This document shows positions 43,758-53,193 of a stretch of 64,000 bases of DNA, in pieces. The stretch covers positions 198,841 through 262,840 of the forward strand of contig CANLYJ010000004.1 of NCBI GenBank assembly GCA_947495295.1. Reading direction: 5' to 3'. Origin of the DNA: an uncultured Rhodobacteraceae bacterium (GTDB lineage: Bacteria; Pseudomonadota; Alphaproteobacteria; Rhodobacterales; Rhodobacteraceae). Position 1 is the stretch's first letter, and each line of letters starts with the position of its first letter. The notes beneath the pieces were generated by a model. The model was not told the origin of the DNA and did no database searches. It saw nothing but the letters and a program-made list of their open reading frames with translations. The position numbers and the translations under genes are program-made.

Positions 43758-46700
43758 ATGACCATCCGTTTCTTTTCCGATAAATCACGCCCGGTCCATC
43801 TGGGGCCATATCCATCCGAAAGGCTGGCTCGACTGGGCGCAATGCCTGACCTTGCGGGCGTGCCCGCGACAACCCCGCTGAGTTTTGACAGGCCCGCCGA
43901 CCCGCGATCTATCGTTAATGCGATGCGTGAACATCAGGCGATGCTGGATGCGATCCGCGATGGGCTGGTCAACGGGGCCGTGGCGGACGCGCCCACCGAT
44001 CCACTGGAACGGGCCAATCACCTCAAGGCGTTTGGCTATTTCGCTGATGCGGCCGTGGTTGGCACTTGCCTGTTGCCCAATGCCGCCCGGCTGGATCAGC
44101 CTTATCTGAACCCAGATATCGGCAGGTTGGCCCACGACCTGAAGACACGGCAGACCAAGACGCTGGCGTCGGGCATCGACATGATCATGGCTGATCTGAA
44201 GGAGTCGATGGAAGCCCCTGTCACGGGCATTGATGATCACAGCCATGCGCTTGTGTTTCTTTATGAAAACCCGCGTGACCCGGATGCCGATGAACCGGGC
44301 ACGGGTTGGATCGCTGACGCGCAGGCGCACAGGGCCGGGTTGCTGGCATCGGAAACGGCTGTTGTTCTGGCCAATTACCTGCGGCTTCTGGGCTACCCGG
44401 CGCGCGGGCATAGCATGTCCAGCGCGGATGTGGATTTGAACAAGCTTGCTGTGGCCGCAGGGTTGGCGACGGTCGAAGATGGCGAGCTGTGCCACCCTTA
44501 CATCGGTTCACGTTTTGGCTTGGCTGCGGTGACGACCTCTTTTGACATTGCCACCGATCAACCGCTGGCACCCATGGCTGCACAGCCAAAATCCGCCTTT
44601 GGAACGGGTTGGAAACTGGGCACGGCATCGGCCAAAAACGCGATGAACGCGGTGCCCTATGCCAAACGCCGTTTCGTCGATGGGGCGCATCCGTTCGAGC
44701 GGCTCAAACGGGTGGAGGCGCCAACGACCTATATTGATGAACCCAATGTGGCCCGCGTGCCCAAGCGGGCGGATATGTTCGCGCGAGCGCAATTCGGCGA
44801 TATGGGCAAGAAAATGCAGGATGCGGCCAAGGGCGGGCATTATGTGCGCAAGGCGGCCCCGTCCATGGCGCAACGGCGGGCGCTGGGGGCCTTTGTGCTG
44901 TTGCAGGATGGGGAAGCGGCGGATGAAAAAGTCAGGTTTGATCCTGTTGAAGCCGCTGACCTGATCAAGGCGACCAGCTATTGGCTGGGAGCTGATGCAG
45001 TGGGCATTTCGCGCTGCCCCGATTGGGCGTGGTACAGCCATGATGCGCGGGGCGAGGCGATTGACCCACCCCATGATCAGGCGATCAACATGATCATCGA
45101 TCAAGGCTATGAAACCATGGAAGGCTCATCAGGCGATGACTGGATCGCCGTGGCCCAATCCATGCGGGCCTATTTGCGGTTTTCCTTGCTGGGTGGGATC
45201 ATCGCCCGGCAAATCCGCAATCTGGGCTATAGCGCCAAAGCCCATACCGTGATGGATGGCGAGGTGCTGCAACCGCCGCTTTTGCTGCTCAGCGGTCTGG
45301 GTGAGGTTAGCCGGATTGGTGAGGTGATCCTGAACCCCTATCTGGGCCCGCGCCTGAAGTCAGGGACGGTGACAACCGACCTGCCACTGGCGCATGACAA
45401 GCCGATTGATTTTGGCCTGCAAAAATTCTGCAAGGCTTGCAATAAATGCGCGCGCGAATGCCCATCAGGGGCGATCACAGCCGGCCCAAAGCTGATGTTC
45501 AACGGCTACGAGATTTGGAAATCAGACAGCCAGAAATGCGCGACATACCGGGTCACAACGCCGGGCGGTGCGATGTGTGGGCGGTGTATGAAAACCTGCC
45601 CCTGGAACCTGGAAGGTATCTTCAAGGAAAAGCCGTTTCGCTGGGCGGCGATGAATGTTCCACAGCTTGCCCCGGCACTGGCCCGGCTGGATGATACGGT
45701 CGGAAATGGTGGACTGAACCCGGTCAAGAAATGGTGGTGGGATCTGGAAATTGCGGAGGATGGCGGCTATCGCCCAACCCCACAGCCGGTGAACCAACGT
45801 TCCCTGCAAAAGGACCTGGACCTGCAATATGCCGACCAGACGCTGGCGGTTTATCCCGCCCCTCTCGCCCCGCATCCTCACCCTTATCCGTTCCCCATGG
45901 ATCGCGAGGCGGGGATCGAGGCCTATCAGGCGATGATCACTGCTGATGAATACAAGGCGCGGCTGACGCAGGGTGACAGGCAGGTCATCCATGCCTATAC
46001 GGCGGAAGGCGAAAGCCCGGTCATTCAGGTTGAGATTACGAAGGCCGAGGAAACCGCCCAAGGCGTAATGAAATACGAATTTGTGCCCGTGGATGGCGGC
46101 GATTTGCCTGTTTGGCAGGCCGGTGCCCATCTGGACATCGTCGTGGCCCCAGAGTTTCTCCGGCAATACTCCATGTCAGGTAATCCCGCGGACCGGAGCC
46201 GGTATCAGATTGCCGTGCTACGCGAAGATGCGGGGCGGGGCGGGTCGAAACTCATGCATCGGATCTTCAACGAAGGGCGGCGGATTTTTATCTCTAGGCC
46301 GATCAACCACTTCCCGCTTGATGCCGATGCTGGGCATAGCGTGCTGATGGGCGGTGGGATCGGGATCACGCCGCTGGTGGCGATGGCGCATGAATTACAT
46401 GCGCAAGGGCGGTCGTTTGAGATGCATTATTCAGGCCGCAGCCGTAACCAGATGGGGCTGCTGGATGATATTGCAGGTTTTGCCTGGGCCGATCAGGTGC
46501 ATCTGCATATCAGCGATGAAGAGAGCCGCGCCGATCTGGGGCAGATACTCGGCGGCTACCAGCCCGGCTGGCATGTCTATACTTGCGGGGCTGAACGCTA
46601 CATGACCGCGATATTGGCGGCAGCGACCGAGGCCGGTTTTCCAGAAAACGCGCAGCATCTGGAATATTTTGCCGTGCCCGAGCAGCCCGATTATGTGAAC

Positions 46701-46967
46701 CACCCGTTCCGGCTGAAACTGGCGCGATCCGGCCAAGTGTTTGACATACCAGCAGATAAATCCGCCACTGACGTGCTCGCCGAAAACGGGGTGCATGTGG
46801 ACGTCAAATGCAGCGACGGCATTTGCGGGGTCTGCAAATGTGGGCTGGTGGCGGGGGACGTGGAACACCGGGATTTCGTATTGTCCAAGGCACAACGGCA
46901 GGATGCGATCATCCTATGCCAGAGCCGCGCGGCAGAAGATGGCGGCACAGTCACAATTGACCTGTAG
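43758..46967 (+). CDS. Reductive dehalogenase-like (RdhA) domain fused to phthalate-dioxygenase-reductase-type FMN/NAD(P)H/[2Fe-2S] reductase
   Basis: 1069 aa. Two ferredoxin-type motifs, CKACNKCARECP (45429-45464) and CGRCMKTCPWN (45576-45608). C-terminal RQYS flavin motif, GGGIGITP NAD motif and CSDGICGVCKC plant-type ferredoxin. Start at ATG 43758 rather than the longer track ORF. Confidence 0.75.
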   Translation: MTIRFFSDKSRPVHLGPYPSERLARLGAMPDLAGVPATTPLSFDRPADPRSIVNAMREHQAMLDAIRDGLVNGAVADAPTDPLERANHLKAFGYFADAAVVGTCLLPNAARLDQPYLNPDIGRLAHDLKTRQTKTLASGIDMIMADLKESMEAPVTGIDDHSHALVFLYENPRDPDADEPGTGWIADAQAHRAGLLASETAVVLANYLRLLGYPARGHSMSSADVDLNKLAVAAGLATVEDGELCHPYIGSRFGLAAVTTSFDIATDQPLAPMAAQPKSAFGTGWKLGTASAKNAMNAVPYAKRRFVDGAHPFERLKRVEAPTTYIDEPNVARVPKRADMFARAQFGDMGKKMQDAAKGGHYVRKAAPSMAQRRALGAFVLLQDGEAADEKVRFDPVEAADLIKATSYWLGADAVGISRCPDWAWYSHDARGEAIDPPHDQAINMIIDQGYETMEGSSGDDWIAVAQSMRAYLRFSLLGGIIARQIRNLGYSAKAHTVMDGEVLQPPLLLLSGLGEVSRIGEVILNPYLGPRLKSGTVTTDLPLAHDKPIDFGLQKFCKACNKCARECPSGAITAGPKLMFNGYEIWKSDSQKCATYRVTTPGGAMCGRCMKTCPWNLEGIFKEKPFRWAAMNVPQLAPALARLDDTVGNGGLNPVKKWWWDLEIAEDGGYRPTPQPVNQRSLQKDLDLQYADQTLAVYPAPLAPHPHPYPFPMDREAGIEAYQAMITADEYKARLTQGDRQVIHAYTAEGESPVIQVEITKAEETAQGVMKYEFVPVDGGDLPVWQAGAHLDIVVAPEFLRQYSMSGNPADRSRYQIAVLREDAGRGGSKLMHRIFNEGRRIFISRPINHFPLDADAGHSVLMGGGIGITPLVAMAHELHAQGRSFEMHYSGRSRNQMGLLDDIAGFAWADQVHLHISDEESRADLGQILGGYQPGWHVYTCGAERYMTAILAAATEAGFPENAQHLEYFAVPEQPDYVNHPFRLKLARSGQVFDIPADKSATDVLAENGVHVDVKCSDGICGVCKCGLVAGDVEHRDFVLSKAQRQDAIILCQSRAAEDGGTVTIDL

Positions 46968-47287
46968 CTGGCGGAGGGCACGCAACGTGCGGTGGGGGTG
47001 CGTGCGGTGGTTTTTGACGTGATGGGCCGAATCATTGGTTAACGCCGTTGTTTTCATGGAATCTGGGCGGTCGGCAAAGCGTCGGCGACACGTCGGCAAA
47101 ACGTCGGACCCCAATGCGCGGTGGGTCGGGGTTAAGGGCGCGCGCGGTGGAAGTGTGAATGCGGGGTTAAGGTTTGCGGGTGATGGGTTTGGTCAGCGTT
47201 GATGAATGGGCTTTTGAACAAATTCCCGGCATGGTCGCGGGCTAAGCCACGCGGGACTTCTGATCGTCAAATTCAAAGGATACGAGA

Positions 47288-47830
47288 ATGAGAAAACTGA
47301 CCATTGCGGTGGCATCATTGGTGGCATTGGCCGCTTGTGGTGCGCCGAACCCCGGCCAGCGCGGCGCGGGGTTCAGCGGCATCGGTGGTGATGTCGCTGC
47401 TGCCCCAACTGCCACCGCGACAGCCACGCCCACAGCCGCTGCCGCGCCGGTGAACATCACGCGGAGTGCGGGTGGATTGCCCGCATATCGCAAGGATACT
47501 GGTCGGTATCGCCGGAATGGCACACCTGCCACGGAACGGGCCGCAGCAAAGGTCGCCCCGGATGCGGGCATGGGGCTCTTTTCCGGCCCTGATGCATTGA
47601 ATGTTCAGGTGGGCGAATTTGGCTTGGGCTTCAATCTGGCGCGGGTCGACACGCATACATTCCTTGTGGGTTACCGCGTTGATACGTTTTGGCGGCTTGC
47701 GCGCCAGCCAAGAAAGGAAGCCGTCCTGCGCGCGGCAAGAACATTGACCGAATGCGGTGTCAGTGAAGATGCTTACAGAGTTACCGGACCAAGCAGACCG
47801 ATCTATGCGGTCATCCCCTTGCGGCGTTGA
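47288..47830 (+). CDS. Hypothetical lipoprotein
   Basis: Lipobox SLVALAACG and an Ala/Thr-rich linker. No recognisable domain. Confidence 0.55.
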   Translation: MRKLTIAVASLVALAACGAPNPGQRGAGFSGIGGDVAAAPTATATATPTAAAAPVNITRSAGGLPAYRKDTGRYRRNGTPATERAAAKVAPDAGMGLFSGPDALNVQVGEFGLGFNLARVDTHTFLVGYRVDTFWRLARQPRKEAVLRAARTLTECGVSEDAYRVTGPSRPIYAVIPLRR

Positions 47831-47972
47831 TCCGAGTGGGTTTCAGCCCCACCTCCGCCCGTCCCGGGCTTGACCCGGGACCTCGTGGCTGACCATGAGG
47901 CCCCGGATCACGTCCGGGGCGGGTTGGTAAAGCCGACAGGTGTTGCCCTCATCTTGACGCTTTGGCGGTGAT

Positions 47973-48044
47973 GTAGGGTGCGCATTTATGCGCACCATTT
48001 TGCGAGGTCGTTGGTGGGGTGGTGCGCATAAATGCACACCCTAC
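47973..48044. repeat. Inverted pair of self-palindromic units GTAGGGTGCGCATTTATGCGCACC / GGTGCGCATAAATGCACACCCTAC
   Basis: Read directly: arms at 47973-47996 and 48021-48044. Three smaller GC-rich hairpins precede it at 47861-47919. Confidence 0.8.
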
Positions 48045-48465
48045 GGTCACGGCCTGCAATGCATTCGTTGATGTTGGTTTTGTGGGTGCGGCGTCTTGTC
48101 TCTCTCATTTGAGTATCTCGCAAGGTTGCCTCGGCACCGCCAAGAGCTTTTGAGTTACTCAAGAACGCCTAGACAAGACGCCTCAAAGCTTCTCCGCAGG
48201 GGTGGGAATAACCGGTCTCGCTTCATAGCCGTATGAGGGCTTAAGCGGTTCCCAATTTAGCGGACCATCAACGTGCCTGTTGATGGCATACAAATTCACT
48301 TCTTGCCCTTAACCCCTTTCAGGCGCTCCGATAAGCAGGCACGCTTACCGTTTCAAGTCTGGGAAGTTCAAAATGGCTTTCAAGGAAAACCTCCTTGTCT
48401 TCCCCAATATGTGGGGTTCCACAGATATAGTGACACACTGAGTGGTGTGCAAGGGTGGGTTGCTC

Positions 48466-50430
48466 TCAAACATCCAACTCCTCCACAAACCGCGCGTTCT
48501 CCTGGATATACTGGAACCGCAGTTCTGGCTTCTTCCCCATGAGGCGCTCGACTAGGTCCGCCGTGTCCCCCGGTTCATCGTCATGAACGGTCACCCGGAT
48601 CAGTTTGCGCGTGGCGGGGTCCATTGTGGTTTCCTTCAAATCCTTGGCGTCCATTTCGCCGAGGCCCTTGAAGCGCTGCACGTCGATTTTGCCCTTGCCG
48701 CCCAGACCTTTGGCCAGCACCGCGTCTTTTTCGGCGTCGTCGGCGACATAGACCCGCCGCGCCCCTTGGGTCAGCCGGTAGAGTGGGGGGCAGGCCAGGT
48801 ACAGGTGCCCCTGGTCGATCAGGGGTCGCATTTGTGTGAAGAAAAACGTCATCAGCAGTGAGGCGATATGCGCCCCGTCCACATCCGCGTCGGTCATGAT
48901 GATGATCTTGTCATAGCGCAGGTCATCGACGTTGAAACGGGTGCCCATGCCGACGCCGAGCGCTTCGCAGAGGTCGTTAATCTCGGCGTTGGAGGAAAGC
49001 TTGTTTGACGCGGCCCCCAGCACGTTCAGGATCTTGCCCTTGAGCGGCAGCAGTGCTTGGTTCACCCGGTTGCGCGCCCCCTTGCCGGAGCCGCCGGCGC
49101 TGTCGCCCTCGACGATGAAAAGTTCCGTCCCCGCCCGGTCCTTGGACGTGCAATCGGTCAGCTTTCCGGGCAGGCGCAGTTTTTTGGTCGCGGATTTGCG
49201 GGCGGTTTCTTTCTCTTGCTTGCGGCGTAGCCGTTCCTCGGCCCGCAGCACAAGGAAATCGAGGATCGCGCCTGCGGATTTCGTGTCAGCCGCGAGCCAG
49301 GTGTCAAAATGGTCGCGCACGGAGCCTTCGACCATTTTCTGGACGTTTTCGTTGGAGAGCCGGTCCTTGGTCTGGCCCACATATTGCGGGTCGCGGATAA
49401 AGACCGACACAAGCGCGCAGCCCCCGGTCATCAGATCGTCGCGGGTGATCTGTTTGGATTTCTTGTTGCCGACCCGTTCGCCGTAAGCGCGGATGCCCTT
49501 CAGGATCGCGGCCCAGAGGCCGGATTCGTGGGTGCCACCTTCGGGTGTGGGCACGGTGTTACAGTAGGACTGGATGAAGCCATCGCGCGCGGGCGTCCAG
49601 TTGATGGACCAGTCGACCTTGCCCGGTTCCTGGAACTTGTCCATGAATTCGACCGTGCCCGCGAAGGGTTTGTCGGCGTAGGTGGTGGCCCCCTCCAGCC
49701 GTTCGTTCAGGTAATCGGACAGCCCGCCGGGAAAGTGGAATTTGGCCTGCATGGGTGTGTCGCCGTCAGCAACCGCTGTCTTCCAACGGATTTCGACGCC
49801 GGAAAAGAGATAGGCCTTGGACCGCGCCATGGCGAAAAGCTTGGCCGGCTTGAGTTTGAGTGATCCGAAGATTTCGGGGTCGGGGTGAAAGGTGACCTTG
49901 GTGCCGCGCCGGTTGGGGGCGGCCCCCACCTTTTCCAGTTTGGTTGTGGGCGCGCCGCGCTGGAATTCCATCGCGACCAGTTCCTTGTTGCGCGCCACTT
50001 CGACCCGCAGGTGATCAGAGAGCGCGTTGACGACGGATGACCCGACCCCGTTCAGACCGCCGGATGTTTCATAGTTTTCGCCCGAAAACTTGCCGCCCGC
50101 GTTGAGCGTGCAGAAGATAATTTCGAGGGTGGATTTTTTGGGGTCAGAGGGGTGCGGATCCGTGGGAATGCCCCGCCCGTTATCGGTGATGGAGACATGG
50201 CCGTTTTCGTCCAGTTCGACCTCGATCCAGGTGGCGTGGCCTGCCACGGCCTCGTCCATGGAGTTGTCGATGATCTCGGCCACCATATGATGCATGGCCC
50301 GGTCGTCCTTACCACCGATATACATGCCGGGGCGCAGGCGAACATGTTCCATATCGCCCAGCACCTGGATGCTGTCGGCATCGTATTTTTTTTCGGGTTC
50401 TTTGCCCCCGGAGAGGAGATCATCGGCCAT
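48466..50430 (-). CDS. parE: DNA topoisomerase IV subunit B
   Basis: GHKL ATPase (LRPGMYIGG, EIIDNSMDEA), Toprim (LFIVEGDSAGGS, IIIMTDADVDGAHI). 654 aa without the GyrB-specific ~170-aa insertion. Ends FVEELDV. Confidence 0.85.
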   Translation of the reverse strand: MADDLLSGGKEPEKKYDADSIQVLGDMEHVRLRPGMYIGGKDDRAMHHMVAEIIDNSMDEAVAGHATWIEVELDENGHVSITDNGRGIPTDPHPSDPKKSTLEIIFCTLNAGGKFSGENYETSGGLNGVGSSVVNALSDHLRVEVARNKELVAMEFQRGAPTTKLEKVGAAPNRRGTKVTFHPDPEIFGSLKLKPAKLFAMARSKAYLFSGVEIRWKTAVADGDTPMQAKFHFPGGLSDYLNERLEGATTYADKPFAGTVEFMDKFQEPGKVDWSINWTPARDGFIQSYCNTVPTPEGGTHESGLWAAILKGIRAYGERVGNKKSKQITRDDLMTGGCALVSVFIRDPQYVGQTKDRLSNENVQKMVEGSVRDHFDTWLAADTKSAGAILDFLVLRAEERLRRKQEKETARKSATKKLRLPGKLTDCTSKDRAGTELFIVEGDSAGGSGKGARNRVNQALLPLKGKILNVLGAASNKLSSNAEINDLCEALGVGMGTRFNVDDLRYDKIIIMTDADVDGAHIASLLMTFFFTQMRPLIDQGHLYLACPPLYRLTQGARRVYVADDAEKDAVLAKGLGGKGKIDVQRFKGLGEMDAKDLKETTMDPATRKLIRVTVHDDEPGDTADLVERLMGKKPELRFQYIQENARFVEELDV

Positions 50431-50632
50431 GGGTGCTGCTCTTTGATTGCTTTGCCACATGATATGGTAGTGACGGGGTCGGGGGAAGCGCAGAAATCAG
50501 TTTGCGCGGCTGTGGCGGCAATGCCGCATTTACCAATCATGCACGCATATGTGATCGTCTGATGATGCAAATTGCGCTGTCTGTTCTGTATCCTCCCCGG
50601 AACGGATTGATTTCGTAAGGGATTCTGCTGCC

Positions 50633-51298
50633 ATGCTGACACGTCGTCATTTTGTCATCACCTCCGGCGCGCTGTTTTCAGCGCCGCTGGCCACACCCGG
50701 TTTTGCCAACCCGATTTCGGATCGGTCGCAATGGGCGCGCTGGGACAGGCGGGTGACCCCGGCAAATTATGATCCGGCCACGTCCAACCCCTGGGGGCTG
50801 CACCGTCGTTTCCTGCCGCAGCTGGTGCAGGCCAATGATGGTTTGCGCGCAGGGGATATCCATGTGGATGCGGTGGCCCGCTATCTTTATCACGTGCGCG
50901 GCGATGGTACGGCGATGCGCTATGGCGTGGCGATTGCGCGCGGCAGCCTTTACGAGCCGGGCACCTACACGATCCGCCGCAAGGCCAAATGGCCGACCTG
51001 GCGCCCGACTGATGCGATGATCGAACGCGACCCCCAGCTTTATGAGCAGCATGCCGAGGGGATGGATGGCGGCCCGCGCAACCCTTTGGGATCGCGTGCC
51101 TTTTATCTGTTTGTCGGCCGTCGTGATACTTATCTGCGGATCCATGGCACGCCCAGCCCACGCTCCATTGGGGGTCGTGCCAGCTCTGGCTGCGTGCGCA
51201 TGGTGATGGCCCATATCATCGGGCTTTATGATCAGGTGGCGACCGGATCGACCGCCTATCTTTACGCGCCCGAGGGCACGGTGACCGCCCAGTCCTAG
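50633..51298 (+). CDS. L,D-transpeptidase (YkuD domain), Tat-signal
   Basis: MLTRRHFVITSGALF signal and catalytic block IHGTPSPRSIGGRASSGCVRM. Confidence 0.88.
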   Translation: MLTRRHFVITSGALFSAPLATPGFANPISDRSQWARWDRRVTPANYDPATSNPWGLHRRFLPQLVQANDGLRAGDIHVDAVARYLYHVRGDGTAMRYGVAIARGSLYEPGTYTIRRKAKWPTWRPTDAMIERDPQLYEQHAEGMDGGPRNPLGSRAFYLFVGRRDTYLRIHGTPSPRSIGGRASSGCVRMVMAHIIGLYDQVATGSTAYLYAPEGTVTAQS

Positions 51299-51585
51299 GT
51301 TTCTTCTGGGGCCGGTTCCGGCTTTTGAATGCAGATTGGTCGCCCTTCGCGTGTGCGCAAGGGCAGGAGCGTCGTCTCGACAGCGTTTCTGTGTTGATAG
51401 ACATAGCAATTGTCGACCGGATCAACGGCCACGGCCTCAAGGTTCTGATTGGTTGCGGCGATGGCGCGGACGCCTTCGGGCAGTTCCGCGATAAAGGCGA
51501 TGTCGGAGCCGGTTGCGTCATCGTTGACAGGTTCGCAGGCCGCCAACAGGAACGCGGCCCCTAGAAACAATGGTAAGGTTTTCAC
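51295..51585 (-). CDS. Small hypothetical lipoprotein
   Basis: GTG start giving VKTLPLFLGAAFLLAACEP (lipobox), 96 aa. The start choice is tentative. Confidence 0.4.
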   Translation of the reverse strand: MKTLPLFLGAAFLLAACEPVNDDATGSDIAFIAELPEGVRAIAATNQNLEAVAVDPVDNCYVYQHRNAVETTLLPLRTREGRPICIQKPEPAPEET

Positions 51586-51759
51586 AACTGGCAGTCCCCA
51601 ATAATCCGTACAAATGGCATATGCGGGTAACCTGCGCCAAGCCGGTGGCGAATACCAGCGGGGTTTCGTGAAATCCCTTGGAGGCTGCGGCTTCTGCGCC
51701 GCAGTCCCGGGGAAGCCCCGAGTGATTTGGTTTTCGGTTTGTTCAGCAAAATACGAGAT

Positions 51760-51899
51760 GGTGCGAGGTGTGCGATGAAGATCGGCTTCGAGCCCGTAGT
51801 TATCCCCAATAATTCCCAAAACTGATCGGGTACGCGGCGCTGGTAGTAATACCTTCCACGGTCAATTTTTAGGTATTTCACCTTCTTCTCAGTCGTCAT
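51760..51899 (-). pseudogene. N-terminal remnant of a tyrosine integrase next to tRNA-Tyr
   Basis: MTTEKKVKYLKIDRGRYYYQRRVPDQF resembles the conserved integrase N-terminus (YL..R.G.YYFRRRVP.DL). The reading frame decays after about 35 codons. Low-GC sequence. Confidence 0.4.
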
Positions 51900-51994
51900 T
51901 TGTATCGAAAACCGAGTGATAAGTATCAAAAAAAAAGCCATCTCAGCGTTGATGATAAGCTGAATAGCTATAAAAATCAGCGCTATAGAATGAA

Positions 51995-52078
51995 TGGTGG
52001 GCGACCCTGGAATCGAACCAGGCGTGCGTCTCCGCGAGGGAGTTACAGTCCCCTGCCACACCTTGCGGCCTGTCGCCC
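51995..52078 (-). tRNA. tRNA-Tyr (anticodon GUA), class II with long variable arm, CCA encoded
   Basis: Folded by hand. Acceptor GGGCGAC/GTCGCCC, 3-bp D stem, anticodon stem GGGGA/TCCCT with loop CTGTAAC, variable arm CGCGGAGACGCACG, T arm CCTGG-TTCGATT-CCAGG, discriminator A plus CCA. Confidence 0.92.
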
Positions 52079-52203
52079 ACTGTCGGGCTGATTACCCGCC
52101 GTCCCTTGGCCCGTCAACAACAAATATGATCGTTTTGCATCCTCTTCACAGTGCGCAGGATGTACGGTATCGCCTTGGGCAGAGTGTCACACTGGATCGT
52201 TAT

Positions 52204-52989
52204 ATGAAAAAGCCGAAATGGGTTATTGCCAAAGAGCAGGCAAAGCGGGTTGCTGCCAATGAAACGGTCTGGCTTTTTGGTCTGCACGCTGTTCGCGACG
52301 CACTGGAAAACCCGGCACGCGTTAAGCTGCGTCTCGTCGTGACACGTAACGCGCTGGAGCGGTTGGGTGATGCTGTCGCGTCGGGTGGTTTGGAGCCAGA
52401 GATTTCTGATCCACGAAAATTCGCAGCGCCCCTCGATCCACAATCTGTGCATCAGGGGGCCGCACTTGAGGTCAAGCCGCTGGATTGGGGATCGGTTGAG
52501 GATGTCGCGGCTGGTGATGGGCCGATGCCGCCCCGGCTTGTTCTGCTCGACCGGGTGACCGACCCGCATAATGTTGGGGCGATCCTGCGTTCGGCAGAAG
52601 TTTTCGGCGCCCGCGCCGTGATTGCGGTACAGCGCCATGCCGCACCTGAGACCGGCGCTTTGGCGAAAACGGCCAGTGGCGCCTTGGAACGTCAGCCTTA
52701 TCTGCGTGTCCGCAACCTGGCCGATACGATGATCGCGCTGAAAGGCATGGGGTATCTGGTTTTAGGGCTGGATGGCACGGCTGAACAGACGATTGAACAG
52801 GCGCTTGCCGATCGCCGTGATCACGCAGTGGCCCTGGTGATGGGTGCCGAGGGCCCGGGCCTGCGCGAAAAGACGCTTGCCACCTGCGATGAAGTTGTGC
52901 GTATCGACGCGGTGGGTGGTTTTGGTTCGCTGAATGTTTCCAATGCCGCCGCCGTTGCCCTTTATGCGGCAAGAGCTTCGGCTATTTGA
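52204..52989 (+). CDS. rlmB: 23S rRNA (guanosine-2'-O)-methyltransferase RlmB (SpoU/TrmH family)
   Basis: SpoU motifs DRVTDPHNVGAILRSAEVFG, LVMGAEGPGLR, SLNVSNAAAVALY. Start at MKKPKW (52204), since the track ORF runs across the tRNA. Confidence 0.85.
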   Translation: MKKPKWVIAKEQAKRVAANETVWLFGLHAVRDALENPARVKLRLVVTRNALERLGDAVASGGLEPEISDPRKFAAPLDPQSVHQGAALEVKPLDWGSVEDVAAGDGPMPPRLVLLDRVTDPHNVGAILRSAEVFGARAVIAVQRHAAPETGALAKTASGALERQPYLRVRNLADTMIALKGMGYLVLGLDGTAEQTIEQALADRRDHAVALVMGAEGPGLREKTLATCDEVVRIDAVGGFGSLNVSNAAAVALYAARASAI

Positions 52990-53193
52990 TCAGGTGGCGT
53001 CTGGTTTCTTCATCTGATTTGAAAACACGTCGATCAGACGTGTCACATCCACAAGAACCTTAGTCTTGCGGAACGCGTTGGTGATCAATCCCGGATGCGG
53101 TCGCATTTGCTGCATTCGTTTGGGCGAGAGGTGATGCCGGTCAGGCCTGCCGCTGGCTAGGTCCTGCCTTTGCAGATTGTCGTGATTTGGAAC

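Noticed and set aside
47069-47112. CRISPR array
   Set aside because: The units are 11 bp, contiguous and without spacers. No cas genes or 25-40 bp repeats occur anywhere in the window.
48060-48465. tmRNA, RNase P RNA or SRP RNA in the gene-free stretch
   Set aside because: I could not find the RNase P GAGGAAAGTCC block, an alphaproteobacterial tag reading frame (ANDN...) or the SRP GGAA/AGCA motifs. The region is kept only as an unexplained structured region.
48466-50460. Calling this type IIA topoisomerase B subunit gyrB
   Set aside because: At about 654 aa it lacks the ~170-aa insertion of proteobacterial GyrB, and it ends with the ParE-like ...FVEELDV, so parE is the better call. A phylogeny would settle it.
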